A program made the translations under genes and the position numbers. Of a DNA stretch of 64,000 nt, positions 13,921 to 24,906 are shown in pieces (within the stretch, counting starts at the first letter, position 1; every line of letters starts with the position of its first letter). The notes under the pieces are model-generated. The model saw nothing but the letters and a program-made list of their open reading frames with translations. It was not told where the DNA came from and did no database searches. The stretch comes from Geosiphon pyriformis uo1 (lineage: Eukaryota; Fungi; Glomeromycota): NCBI GenBank assembly GCA_016748015.1, contig JAAOMT010000303.1, positions 62,001 through 126,000 on the forward strand, written 5' to 3'.

Positions 13921-15350
13921 TTTATTTATTTATAATTATTAGTTTTAAAAATTATTAAATAAATATTATTGAAAAATATAATTAATACTTGATATTAAAT
14001 TCTAAGAATACTAATATAAACCATAAAATAATATTAGTATATTATTTTTAAATATTTTTATTACTTTTTGAAAAAAATAATAACTAAAGATTAATTTTAT
14101 ATATTAAATTTATATTAATTCAATTTTTTTATTAAAATTTAATTTTTTTTTGAATATTTTTATTATAATATTTTACTATTTGCTAGCTTATTATTTTAAA
14201 CTGTAATAATATTCTTAAAAAATAATCAACTTAATATAAACTTTGCTGTTTAAAAAATTATTATAATCTTTTATATAATTAATATTAAAATTATATTTAA
14301 AAAAAACTTATTTATAGTCTTATTAAAAACAGATACTTTATTCTAAATATTATTAATTATATCTCTAAGTTCTAAATATAAAACAAAAAAAATGATTAAA
14401 AGAATAATAACCAAAAAAACCAATAAATTAATTATTTTAATAACAAATTTAAAAGTAACCAAATCTAAAATTTAAGATTTTAAAAAATTTAATTTAGATT
14501 TGATTACAAAATTAACAGCAAAAACAGCAAAAAAATAGCAAAAAAAAACCCAAAAAAACAAAAGCTTTAATATAAAACTTTTTACTAATATGATATAATA
14601 TAAAAAACTTAGAGCCAATAGTAAACTTAAAAAAAAAAATTTTGTAATTTAAAGCCAAATAGCCAAAATTTTAATATTTAAAATATTATTCATATTTAAA
14701 AGTTTTTTATTAGATCTAATTTTTATAAAAAATACTAGTTTTTAAAATAACAAGATTTAAAATCTTTAAAAAATCAAAAATTATAATAATAAAGTATTAA
14801 TAACAATAATTATTAACTTAAAAAATTAAATTACCAATTTTAAAAACAATACAACCAAAAAAAATTAATTGATTTGATTTTAAAAGTGTTTTTTAAAATA
14901 ATAACTTTTTTTAATTAAGCAAAAAAAAAATTTTAAAATAAATAATAGTATATTATTATAAGTTAATAGACATAATTAAAATAATAATATTAAAACTATT
15001 AAAAACAATTTTAATATTATTAGAAAAATATTATAAAAAACAACAAAAACAAAAAAAAAACAAAAGTTATTACAAAAAACTTTAATAGCAACCAAGAAGT
15101 TTCAGAAGTAAATTTTATACAAAACAACTTAATATTATTTTTTAAAATTAATTTAAGTCTAATAAAACCAAATAATAATTTAAACATAAAATTAATTAAA
15201 ACTAATTTAATTTTAAATATAATATCAAATACAAAAATAAAAACCATTCACTTAAAAAATCTTTAATAATTAGAAATAATTTTCTAAATATTATTAAAAA
15301 CAGTATTATTTAAATTAAACTATAATAAAAAAAAACAAAAAACCAATAAA
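13921..15350 (+). mobile_element. Heavily AT-eroded remnant, probably Gypsy pol, likely continuous with 22216-23964
   Basis: A-rich codon-like texture with faint RNase H/integrase C-terminal resemblance; lies just upstream of LINE-B, whose downstream flank is a Gypsy 3' end. Confidence 0.35.
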
Positions 15351-15421
15351 AACTCTTTCTCTCCTTTGTTCCAAATTCCTGAAAAAGAGTCATATTTTGA
15401 AAGTAGTTTTTTGTTTTTCAC

Positions 15422-17356
15422 TTGCTGTACCTCAACATTTCTCTTATAAATAATCCCTTTATTGTGGACTCAGAAGCTGCTTCTGGCAATAGTATGTCGA
15501 ATAAGAAAGCTCCTGTTGGTGCTTCTTCTGATTCTGTTGGTGGTCCCTCCTCTCAAAAAAAAAGAATTTCCCTTTGCCATATGGATCAGTCTGGTGATAG
15601 AAACAAAGCTGCTTTGGCCAAACCTATTTCTGATGGGAGTCAATACTTGGATATGGAAAGTGATTCTGGTGACAGTGTTGCTGGTGGTAATAATGGTTTT
15701 TTTCTTGGCTTGGCTGCAACTACTCCTAAGGCAAAAAGAGTTAAGAATAATTTGGACTGTGGCTTCCCTCTTGGTTCATTAGATTACAACATGAATGATG
15801 ATGATGGTGGTCCTCTTCTCCCTCTTCTTGGTATTCCTTTAGAAAAAATGTGGTTGGATCCCAAGATTGTTAAATCTCAAGTGGAAGTTGCTGTTAGGAA
15901 ATCCTTTGCATTAGATATTAATCTCTTGGCTGTGGAAGGCAAATCGGCGACTGTAAAAACTCAATTGATCAGAAAATTGTTTTCAAAAATCAATGGTTTT
16001 GGGGGGGCCACTACCCTCTCAAAATTTGAAGGAATCATCAGATCGATATTTACTTCATCAGAAAGCATGAAAAAGGCCGCATCATTGGCCAAGAAAAATA
16101 ACATCATAGTAAACAGCAATCTTAAGAGACAAGGAATTCGCTCAGATCGGGCCATAGTAATCAAGGAAATTCCCATGGACATGCCAAAGGAAATGATCAT
16201 CGCCGCAGTATCCGAGTATGGTCAGATAGTGTCTATCAAAGTCCAGTTAATTGGGCTATGACAGAAGGCTGTGGTGGAGTTTGCCGAATCTAGCCAGGCT
16301 AATCTGTTGGCGTCAAAATGATTTTTCCTAATTGGGAAAGATTCTGTGTGTGTGGCCAAGGCTGTGGGAGATTATGAGACATGGGCTTTTAGGGATCAAT
16401 TCAGGGCACTTCTGTTCACTTTGCTGGTGGAAACGACAGCTCATAACCTTGGGAATTTTTTGGAAGGGGCTGGTAGGAAAACTTGTGTCATCAATCGTTC
16501 ATTGGAGACTGGTAATAGAACATGCTGTGCTGTGGTATGTTTTGAATCTGATGAAGCTATGGAATCAGTCTTTCACACGGAGCCAATCTTGGGTGGAGTG
16601 AAACTCTCATGGGCTAGGTTAGATTTAGTTCGCTGTGAACGGTGTGGGAAGTTCGGTTATTCTGCCTTGGAATGTGATGCTAAGGTTGCATCAGATTCTC
16701 AGTCACACAAATTTTTTAAAAAGCCTGCTAACTTGGATACTTGTCTCCAGTTGGCCAAATTATATGCTAAAAAGAAGGTTTCAATCTCTCGTTCTGTCGC
16801 TTTTGGAGGCAAATCCTGGGCCCAAGTGGTCTCAGTTGCTTCGGTCTCTCATGTTTCTCTTGATGGCTCTGGTTCTGGTTCTCTGCTCTTTGGTGCTTCA
16901 AGTTCTGGTAATACCCCTCCCCCTCCCTCTATGGTCGATGCCCTCTTGGGTGCACGTTTGGCGCATTTGGAACACTCTGTAGAGCTTTTATCTGATCAAA
17001 TTTCGAACATTCTTCTTCATTTTGACAATCTCAGTTTGGTGTCTTTAGTTCCTCCTTCTAATATGATTCCTCTGGTGGATACTCCTCAACCGTTCATCTC
17101 TGGTTCTCTCATGGTGGCTAACTCTGACTTGGATTCCAACATGGTGTTAGATGTTCCTTTGACTCAATCCATTTCTTTCCCTTCTGGCGATGATAATTCT
17201 CAATTGGATCATAGCAGTTCCAAAGTGCTGACTTCTAAAATTGGTGTTTTAGAATCAAAGTTGGTTGCTTTCGATGCCTCCATTGGTTCAATTTTGGCGA
17301 AGTTAGAGCAGATGTGTGCTGGTTCAGGTCCTCTGGTCCTCTTCTCATCTCAATGA
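15422..17356 (+). pseudogene. LINE-B ORF1
   Basis: RRM-like IVIKEIPMDMPKEMIIAAVSEYGQIVSIKVQ; knuckle CERCGKFGYSALEC; broken by TGG>TGA stops at about 16259 and 16319. Confidence 0.92.
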
Positions 17357-20300
17357 CCAGTTATATTTGGAAAATTGCCATGTGCAATGTTAGGAGTATG
17401 AACAATCCTGCAAAACAGGAGGATATTATTCATTGGCATAAAGAAATGAACAATGTGATTTCAATTGTTACTGAGACTAAGCTGAAAGATGGGGTTTGCC
17501 CTTGGATTATGAATAAGTTTGTTGGCGTCCGGGTTTTTACTTCTGGTTTGAGTTCTGGTTACATGAGTTCTGGGGTTGCAATTATTATGAACAATTTCTT
17601 GGCTCGACATGTGTGTAAGGTGTTAAACATTCCTGGCCGGTTTCTCTTTATTAAGCTTCTCTTCAAAAATAAGCTGTCTGTGTCAATTTTGGGGCTATAT
17701 GCTGGATCATCTTTGGCAGTACATTTCTCTCAGGCGGATGATATCAATTCTTTGATTGCAAGGGCAGTAAATGAGTCTTCCTTTATCGTCTTGGGTGGTG
17801 ACTTCAATGAAGATGGTTCTCGCAAAAGTGCCAGCTTAAGAAAATGCTTTGATTTGGGTTTGGTCAACTCTTTGAGTGGAAGTGTGTTTGGAAAGGAAGC
17901 TATGTAGAATAATTCTCATGGGGTGGCTAAAATTATTGATTATGTGTTTGTGTCATCAAATCTTGTTAATGCAATTTTGGGTCGTGATGTATCTGGTGTC
18001 GAAGAGTATTTTGACACTGATCATAAAGCTGTTTCTGTTTCTGTGGGTCTTGGTGGTTTGCTGGATGTGCAGTTGAACTCATTGCACAATCAGACGAATA
18101 AGGATCGCTGGAAGTACAATTTTGCGAATGCTAGTGACGCCAATTGGATCAAGTTTAAAGAGGATACTTTGGTGAATGCTGCCATGTTCCATGATGAATT
18201 TTATGCTGCCAAGATATGTTTGGACCTGGACACAATGTGGAGTTACCTTTGCCAAGTGGTGTGTTTGTCGGCTGAAAACATTTTCAAAAAAAAATGGTTT
18301 AAGAATTTTGACAGTGTCTATAATAGAGTATCATCCAGATTTCACAAATTAGAACTTTTGGTGTCGAAGATTGTCAAAGCCTCTCGTCTGGTCTCTCATG
18401 AAGAATTTATTTCTCTACTTGACACATGGAAGGGAATTGATACTGCTAATGCTTCTGTTGTGGAGTTTCTCTTTCTTTCGGGTTCTCATTTTGATACCAT
18501 TTGTTTAGCTTTGGCCAAGATAAGGAAATCTTACTATTCATCTAAGTTGTCAGAGTCAAACCATGCAAAAGAATCTCAGATCAAGTCGGCAATTGACAAA
18601 AGAATGGAGAGTTTTGAGTTGAACAAAGGTCATACTGTATGTAGTGTTTTGGAATGACCCTTCTGCAAGGTAGTTTTAGATCATTTGGTGGTAGGGGATG
18701 AGATGGTGTTGGATCCTGCTCCTGTAAAGTTTAAGGTAGATGAAATTATGGAAGGCTGGACTAGAAAACGAAGGGTGGTGCTTAACATTAATGATGAGTG
18801 GTCTCGCCAGTATCATCTTTTAGATTATGTTTTTGATGAAGCTTTTTCTGGTGTAATGGGTTTAATTGACTTTGACGAATTGTTTAGGGTTGTTTCCAAC
18901 CTGCCAGATGGCAAAGCTGCTGGCCTTTCAGGTATCTCAAATGAGCTTTGGAAACATTGCGATGTTTCAGTCCTTAATATGCTCTTGGTGCTTTTGAACT
19001 CTTGCCTGTCTGAGGAATCTGTTCCTGGCTCTTGGAGAGAAGCTTGGGTTTTGATGATTCCCAAACCATATGAATAGAAGGGTGTTCTTACAAATACTTG
19101 TTCTATTGCACTGATTGAGACAGCTCGCAAGATTCTCTTCAAAATACTCTCAGACAGGATTTCTTCAGCATGCAGCACTCATGATGTCTTTTGTGGTGAC
19201 AATTTTTCAGTTTTGAAAGGTATGACGACACAGTCCCCCATTTTTGCAGTTGGTTCGGTTGTTGAAGATGTCCTGGAAAAGAACAGAGAGCTTTGGCTGG
19301 TCTTGCAGAATATGAGGAAAGGCATATGATTCAATTGGCTGGGAGCATTTGGAGAAGTGTTTGGTCAGAATTAAAATGTGTGACAAGTTTATTCGGTTTT
19401 TTGGCAGCATTCACAGAGGTCGCACTAATCGAGTCATGACAGATTTTGGTTTGACAGATGGTTATCGTGTCCATGATGGTTTAGATCAAGGAGAGGTTTT
19501 TTTCCTCTTCCTGTGGCGCATTTTTTATGATCCCCTTTTGTGTGAAGTCAAGCATCAGGAGAGTATCTGTGGGTATAGGCTAATTTCTTATTTTGTTTCC
19601 AAGAGTAGTCATGTCAAATCGCAAGCTGGGCTTTCTTCCTATTTTGCTGCTGGCACCTTTGTTGATGATACAATTTGGGTTGGCAGTAGTCAGAGTGCAA
19701 CTCAACATATTTTGGACATTGCTAGTGAGTTTTTTCAGATTAATGACATCTCAATAAACAATGACAAGACAGTAGCTATTCTTATCAATTGTAAAGTTGG
19801 AAATCCTGCTCTTTTCATTAGTGGTTCCCCTATCTCTGTTGCCAAAAAGGGTGAATCCCATCGGTATCTAGGCATATTTCTGTCAACTGAAGGCCTTTTC
19901 AAACCCAGTTTAGCTAAGGTGCATTTGGACGTTCGTTTCTTTACAAATTTGGTTCTTAAAAAGGCTATCTCTGATAAGCAGTTCTTATATTTGGTTTCAG
20001 TGGTTCTCCAACCTATAATTAGCTACAGGACACAATTTAGCTTTGTTCCTATAGGCATTTGCAACAAGTGGGATGCTATAATTTGTAAGGGCCTGAAGCT
20101 TAAATCTGGACTTCCGCTCGATTTTCCTAGTGATTCAATTCACCACCCCTCCTTTTATGGTTTAAGATCTTTCCTGCAAATTCAGTCTGAAGGCAAGATT
20201 GCTTCTCTTATTAATTTTGCCAACTCTGATGGGATTGTAGGTCGTTTGTTCTCTCATAGGTTTTATGACCTGCAGATTTTATGTTGGCGCCCTATTCATT

Positions 20301-22042
20301 CGTTGAGTTCTTCTGTTCACATTCGTGTTAGCGCCTCTAATAATTTTTTGGCGGGTTTGGTTCATGTGCTTTATAATTGCAAATTGTCCTTGGGTGGATT
20401 TTTTTCCAATTCCTTTCGTGCTAATAGTGGGATGCCCATGTCAACTGTTTTGGGTGAATTAGTTTTCTCTAAGTGTCTCTCTTCGCTTCAGCAGTATGAG
20501 GTGGCCTTTGTAGACCAACTTCGTGATTGTTATGGTACTGTCTTTGATTGGTCCACATTTAAGCGATGAAAGAAACTGGACCCCCGTGGCCCTATTCCTG
20601 AGTGGTTCAGACTTTCTACTGTGTTTCTTGCTGGAGAGGATTTCTCTTCTGTCCACATCCCTCTTCTTGCTAATATTGGTTCCTTGAACATTTTGGGTTC
20701 CTCTGGTTTTGTGTCTGTCTGCGATTGTCTTTCACAAGTCAATGCAAGGGTGCTATTAGTCTACACTGATAGGTCATTGAGAAATTTGGGTATAGTTGGC
20801 TGTAAAGCGGGTGCTGCAGCCTTTTTCGAGGACATTGATATGGGTTTGGGTGTTGGCATGTCTGAGTTGATGTCATCTACCATGGCTGAGTTACAGGCAA
20901 TTGCATTGGCTCTCGAGTGTGTTCCTGTTTTTAATAATGTACATTTATTTTCAGATAGTCAGTCTGCTTTGGATGCTTGCAAATTGGAATTGGGTCTGGT
21001 GGTTCCTGATTTCTGTAATCGGTGTTGGATTGAGCGTCAGCACATTGCCAATGTCATATACAATAAGGGCCTAAAAGTTACCTGGCACAAAGTCAAAGGT
21101 CATTCTGGAATTTTGGAAAACAAGCATGCTGATGTAATTGCCGGTGCTGTTTCTGTTTCTGACTGGTTTCTTCCTCCTTGCCTAGATGAACACTTTTTGA
21201 TGGCTGATGGCAACATTGTCTCTGGCAATTCAAGGCACTTTGTCCGTGACACTTTTTATGCCATGTGTCATGCACGTTGGGAGGTGGAATTTGGTTCTAA
21301 AATTTTGCCTGTCGACTTGTGTGCTGATGTTGATTGGTCCCACTTTTCTTTGGTGTGGCATCCTAATTTGCATATGGCCACCGGTTTCACTAATAAGATT
21401 TTGGCTAATACATGCTCTTATTTTATAAAGGCTTTGCATCATCGGTTGCCTGTGGCTGTTCGAAAACGGCTTTATAATAGACTTTATCCCAGTGTGTTGT
21501 GTCTATATTGTGGTGATGTAGAGATGTCAGATCATGTTTTTTCTTGTAAGATCGATGATTCTGCTTGGCGTCAGTTGTTAAATTCTCACATGAACACTTA
21601 AAGAACACTTTCTGGTTTTTTTGTCTCTTCTTCAGTTTTGTTGCAGTTGTTGTTGTCTTGTGTTTCAGGGTCCTCAGTATCCATGGCCCTCTATAAGGGT
21701 TTTGTTTTTGATGAATGGTTCGGTGAAGCTGTCTCTGTCTTCCATAATCCCAAGGTGGCATGTTTGGAGGTTGTTAATTTTGCGCGTTCTCTTGGCCTCA
21801 CTTTTAGAGATGAGATCTGGTTGGTTCGGACCAAACACTGTGCCTATATGGAAAAGTACAGACTGATTCTTTTGGATGGTTTGTCTCCTACTTCAGTCTC
21901 TGGTTTGACTTCACGGCTTTCCGCTGGTGTGGTTGATTTACTTGGTATTGATGAAGCTTTTGGTGTGCATTTTGGTTTTTGCAAGTCTTGTATGTTTTTT
22001 TCTGGCATTGATGATTCAGCTTCTATCTATATAGCTGCATAG
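17353..22042 (+). pseudogene. LINE-B ORF2 (APE endonuclease, RT, RNase H, C-terminal zinc finger)
   Basis: Motifs CNVR, ETKL, GGDFN, IDYVF, DTDH; KAAGLSG, GLDQGE, FVDD; YTDRS, AELQAI, SDSQ, KVKGHSG; CLYCGD..DHVFSC; several stops and a frameshift near 19320. Confidence 0.95.
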
Positions 22043-22158
22043 TGTTGTCCTGACTGGCCTGAGTGGCTGGTTACGTGTAGAAAGTGCATGATTTACGCCT
22101 AGTTTAGATTATTTCTTTGATGTATAGTGCTAGGTTGTGTGTGGACCTCACTCGTTAA

Positions 22159-22191
<33 letters not shown>

Positions 22192-22215
22192 AAAAAAAAA
22201 AAAAAAAAAAAAAAA

Positions 22216-23964
22216 ATAACGACAAAACAACATAAGAAATAACAAAAATAATATAAAAACCCACATACTAAAAATAAATCTCACTTAAAAATTCTTTTTT
22301 TAACTCACTATAATGACTATTTCTCAAAACATTCAACAATTATCTCAAAAACTAATGTTAGCTTTAAAAACAATACCTGAATTATCTATTACTATTACAG
22401 AAAAACATATTAATTATACTCAGACAGAAATAGCAACAATATTACTCCCAAAATCGCGAAACTATCACCCTTATAAAAAGAACACTAGAAGTTATTCTGG
22501 AATTTACCTACCAGAACTTTTGAAGCTTGCTTTGAGAGAAAATTTGTTGCTCACGTCTATTGACATTTCACCAAATGCCACAGTCCAACAAAAACTTCAA
22601 TTGTGCCTTAATGAAGATAACAGTAAATATCCTCCAATCTATAAATATTTTTACATTGGAAAAACACTTTATAAATAAAAACTAAAACTTGTAACAACCA
22701 ATCTCACAAAAAAAGCTATTCAGAAACAACTTCATAATGAATTCAAGACAACAGCTGAACCAATAAACAGTTGCTACAAACTTAGAACAGCTCTTAGGCT
22801 TTATGATCTATTTCACACTTGTGAAAATATCCTATAAAACCCAATTTTTTAACCACTGAAGATTCAATACATTGGAAAACTCACAAAACTGAAATTTCAA
22901 CAATTTTCAGATCAAATTTCTTCAGTAATTTTGGATTACTATCTGGAACATACAGACAGTACTTGGACTTCGACAGAGCTCAGTTTTGAGAAAAAAGTTA
23001 TGTTACTAACTGAAATTTGAGATATTAATTAACATAAAATTACTCTTATAATTCCTATCATTAATTAGCATATATTATTATTTCAAATCATTACTTATTA
23101 TTCAATCAAATTATCAAATATCACCAATCAATTAATAATCCAATTTGTACTATAAAAATTAAGATGATCAAATTACACAATACCCCGAATCAGTTAATAT
23201 TCAAAAGTTTGCTGAAGTTTGTTTAAATTCGCCAAAATAATTAATAGTTCACCGAAATATTCAATAATTTGTAGAAATAACTTGTAAGTTTGTTGAAATA
23301 TATCTTTAGTTTGTCGAAATCATAGTAAAGAAAATAGTTTAAGTTCACAGACTAGTACTACAACAAGTTGTATAAAAGAAGAGCTTCTCTTTTCAAGAAA
23401 ATATATCCTTACCTTTAGATATCTTAATTGGAATCAATTCAATACACAAAAACGAAATAAATATCAAATAATTCAAAAATCAACTTTTTAATTATTGCAC
23501 CTGAAAATTCCCAAAACCCAACTAATGTTTTGAAATTGATTAGCTACCAATTTCAGTAAACTGTTAGTAACTCCAGGCCTGAATAGAAAATGTTTCCCTT
23601 GACAGAATTTTATTTCTTTTACATTTCTTTTATTTTCTTTTATTTTCTTACTATAATCATTAAAGTAGTCTACAGACGAGATTCCTGTAGAAGAGTTGAC
23701 TTTCACAGCAAAGTAACTACACATTTTTGTGAGCTTCCAAACAAACAATTCCTGGGAAAGAGTTGACATTTACTACAATGTAACTACATAAAATAACTGG
23801 CATGGAATTGGCCATTCCACTTATAAGTCCAGCAGTTCAAATTATAAAAAATAATTTAAAAATAAATTCAGTTATTGAAGGTTAAATACTTCTTATAATC
23901 ATGAATTAACAGCACAACAACATTAACAGCATTAAAGAAAAAAGACCAAAAACTGCCAGTAACA
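22216..23964 (+). mobile_element. 3' end of a second Gypsy family: extra ORF, PPT and 3' LTR (23001-23964)
   Basis: gacagagctcagttttgagaaaaaagtta then TGTTAC at 23001; LTR ends GTAACA at 23964; TATA-like tgtataaaag at about 23370; same arrangement as 48617-48660. Confidence 0.8.
22313..23020 (+). pseudogene. Gypsy accessory ORF downstream of integrase (about 235 codons, 3 internal TAA)
   Basis: Read-through translation is homologous to the ORF at 47978-48640. Confidence 0.7.
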
Positions 23965-24208
23965 CCACATAGTATCTAAATTGTGACCTGCAGCTGTGGC
24001 AAAAAACCTATTCTTTATCATCAAAATTTTGGTGGAGAAGCAGTCTCTAAAGCAAGACCACCCAGAACTGTTCACATCCTTGATTTTAAACTTTCAACGA
24101 TCTTTGTTAGCTTGTTTGCACAAACTATTCAATTGAACATCTAGGAGCCCTTTCAGACTGACCAATATTACCACAGCATTGTGATCTATATCAAAGAAAT
24201 TAGAGACA
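23965..24208 (-). mobile_element. LINE ORF2 fragment (end of APE domain), cut by a Gypsy LTR on one side and a gap on the other
   Basis: Translates as ...FFDIDHNAVVILVSLKGLLDVQLNSLCKQANKDR*KFKIKD... Confidence 0.85.
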
Positions 24209-24228
24209 NNNNNNNNNNNNNNNNNNNN

Positions 24229-24284
<56 letters not shown>

Positions 24285-24906
24285 AGTATTAAATAATAAT
24301 AAAAAGTTGATTTATTTTTATTTAGTCAGTTTAATTTTTAAAATTAGATAATTTAATAAACTAATTTTGTTAGAAAATATTAAATTTATTTAGCAATTGA
24401 TTATAATATTTTTTTTTGTTTTTTTGTAAAACTTTAATATTGTTTGTTGTTTTTTTTTTGTTTTTTAATATTTTTATTAAGTTATATATTTGTTTTAATA
24501 ATATTTTTTAAAATATAATTTTTATTATTAATTTAATTAATATGTTATTATTTTTATTTTTATTGGTAATATTGCTGTTTTATTATATATTAATTTAAAT
24601 AATATTATTTGAATTATATTTTGCTTTATTATTTGATAAATAAATAATACTAATAATATAAATAAATTTTATTTTTTTTAAATTTTTTGGTTAATTTTGA
24701 TTAATATTTTATATAATATTTTATTAACTTTTTTAATAAAAATATTTGTTGTCTTTAATTAATATAAATAATAAAAAAATTATCAAACTCTTTCTTTTGT
24801 TGATCTCCTGGTCACAACAAAAGCTTTGAGTCGTCATTGAAATAGCCTTCCTTTTCCCTTTTCCTTTCACCTCTCTCCAGTTATTTCTTCAGACATTCCC
24901 CTTTTT

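Larger units (their letters stand above)
15351..22215 (+). mobile_element. LINE-B: full-length non-LTR retrotransposon with about 55-nt poly(A) tail
   Basis: 5' UTR aactctttctctc..., ORF1, ORF2, conserved 3' UTR, poly(A) 22161-22215. Confidence 0.96.

Noticed and set aside
7001-13932. TTTATTTATTTA as the LINE-A TSD
   Set aside because: Cannot be told apart from the (TAAA)n tails seen on LINE-C and LINE-F
22051-22090. Hammerhead-like CTGA...GAAA, or pistol-like TTAAAT, in the LINE 3' UTR
   Set aside because: Core is CUGAGUG rather than CUGANGA, and the helix arrangement fits neither ribozyme
24229-24283. Poly(A) run as a retro-insertion tail
   Set aside because: Abuts a gap, so its parent sequence cannot be seen
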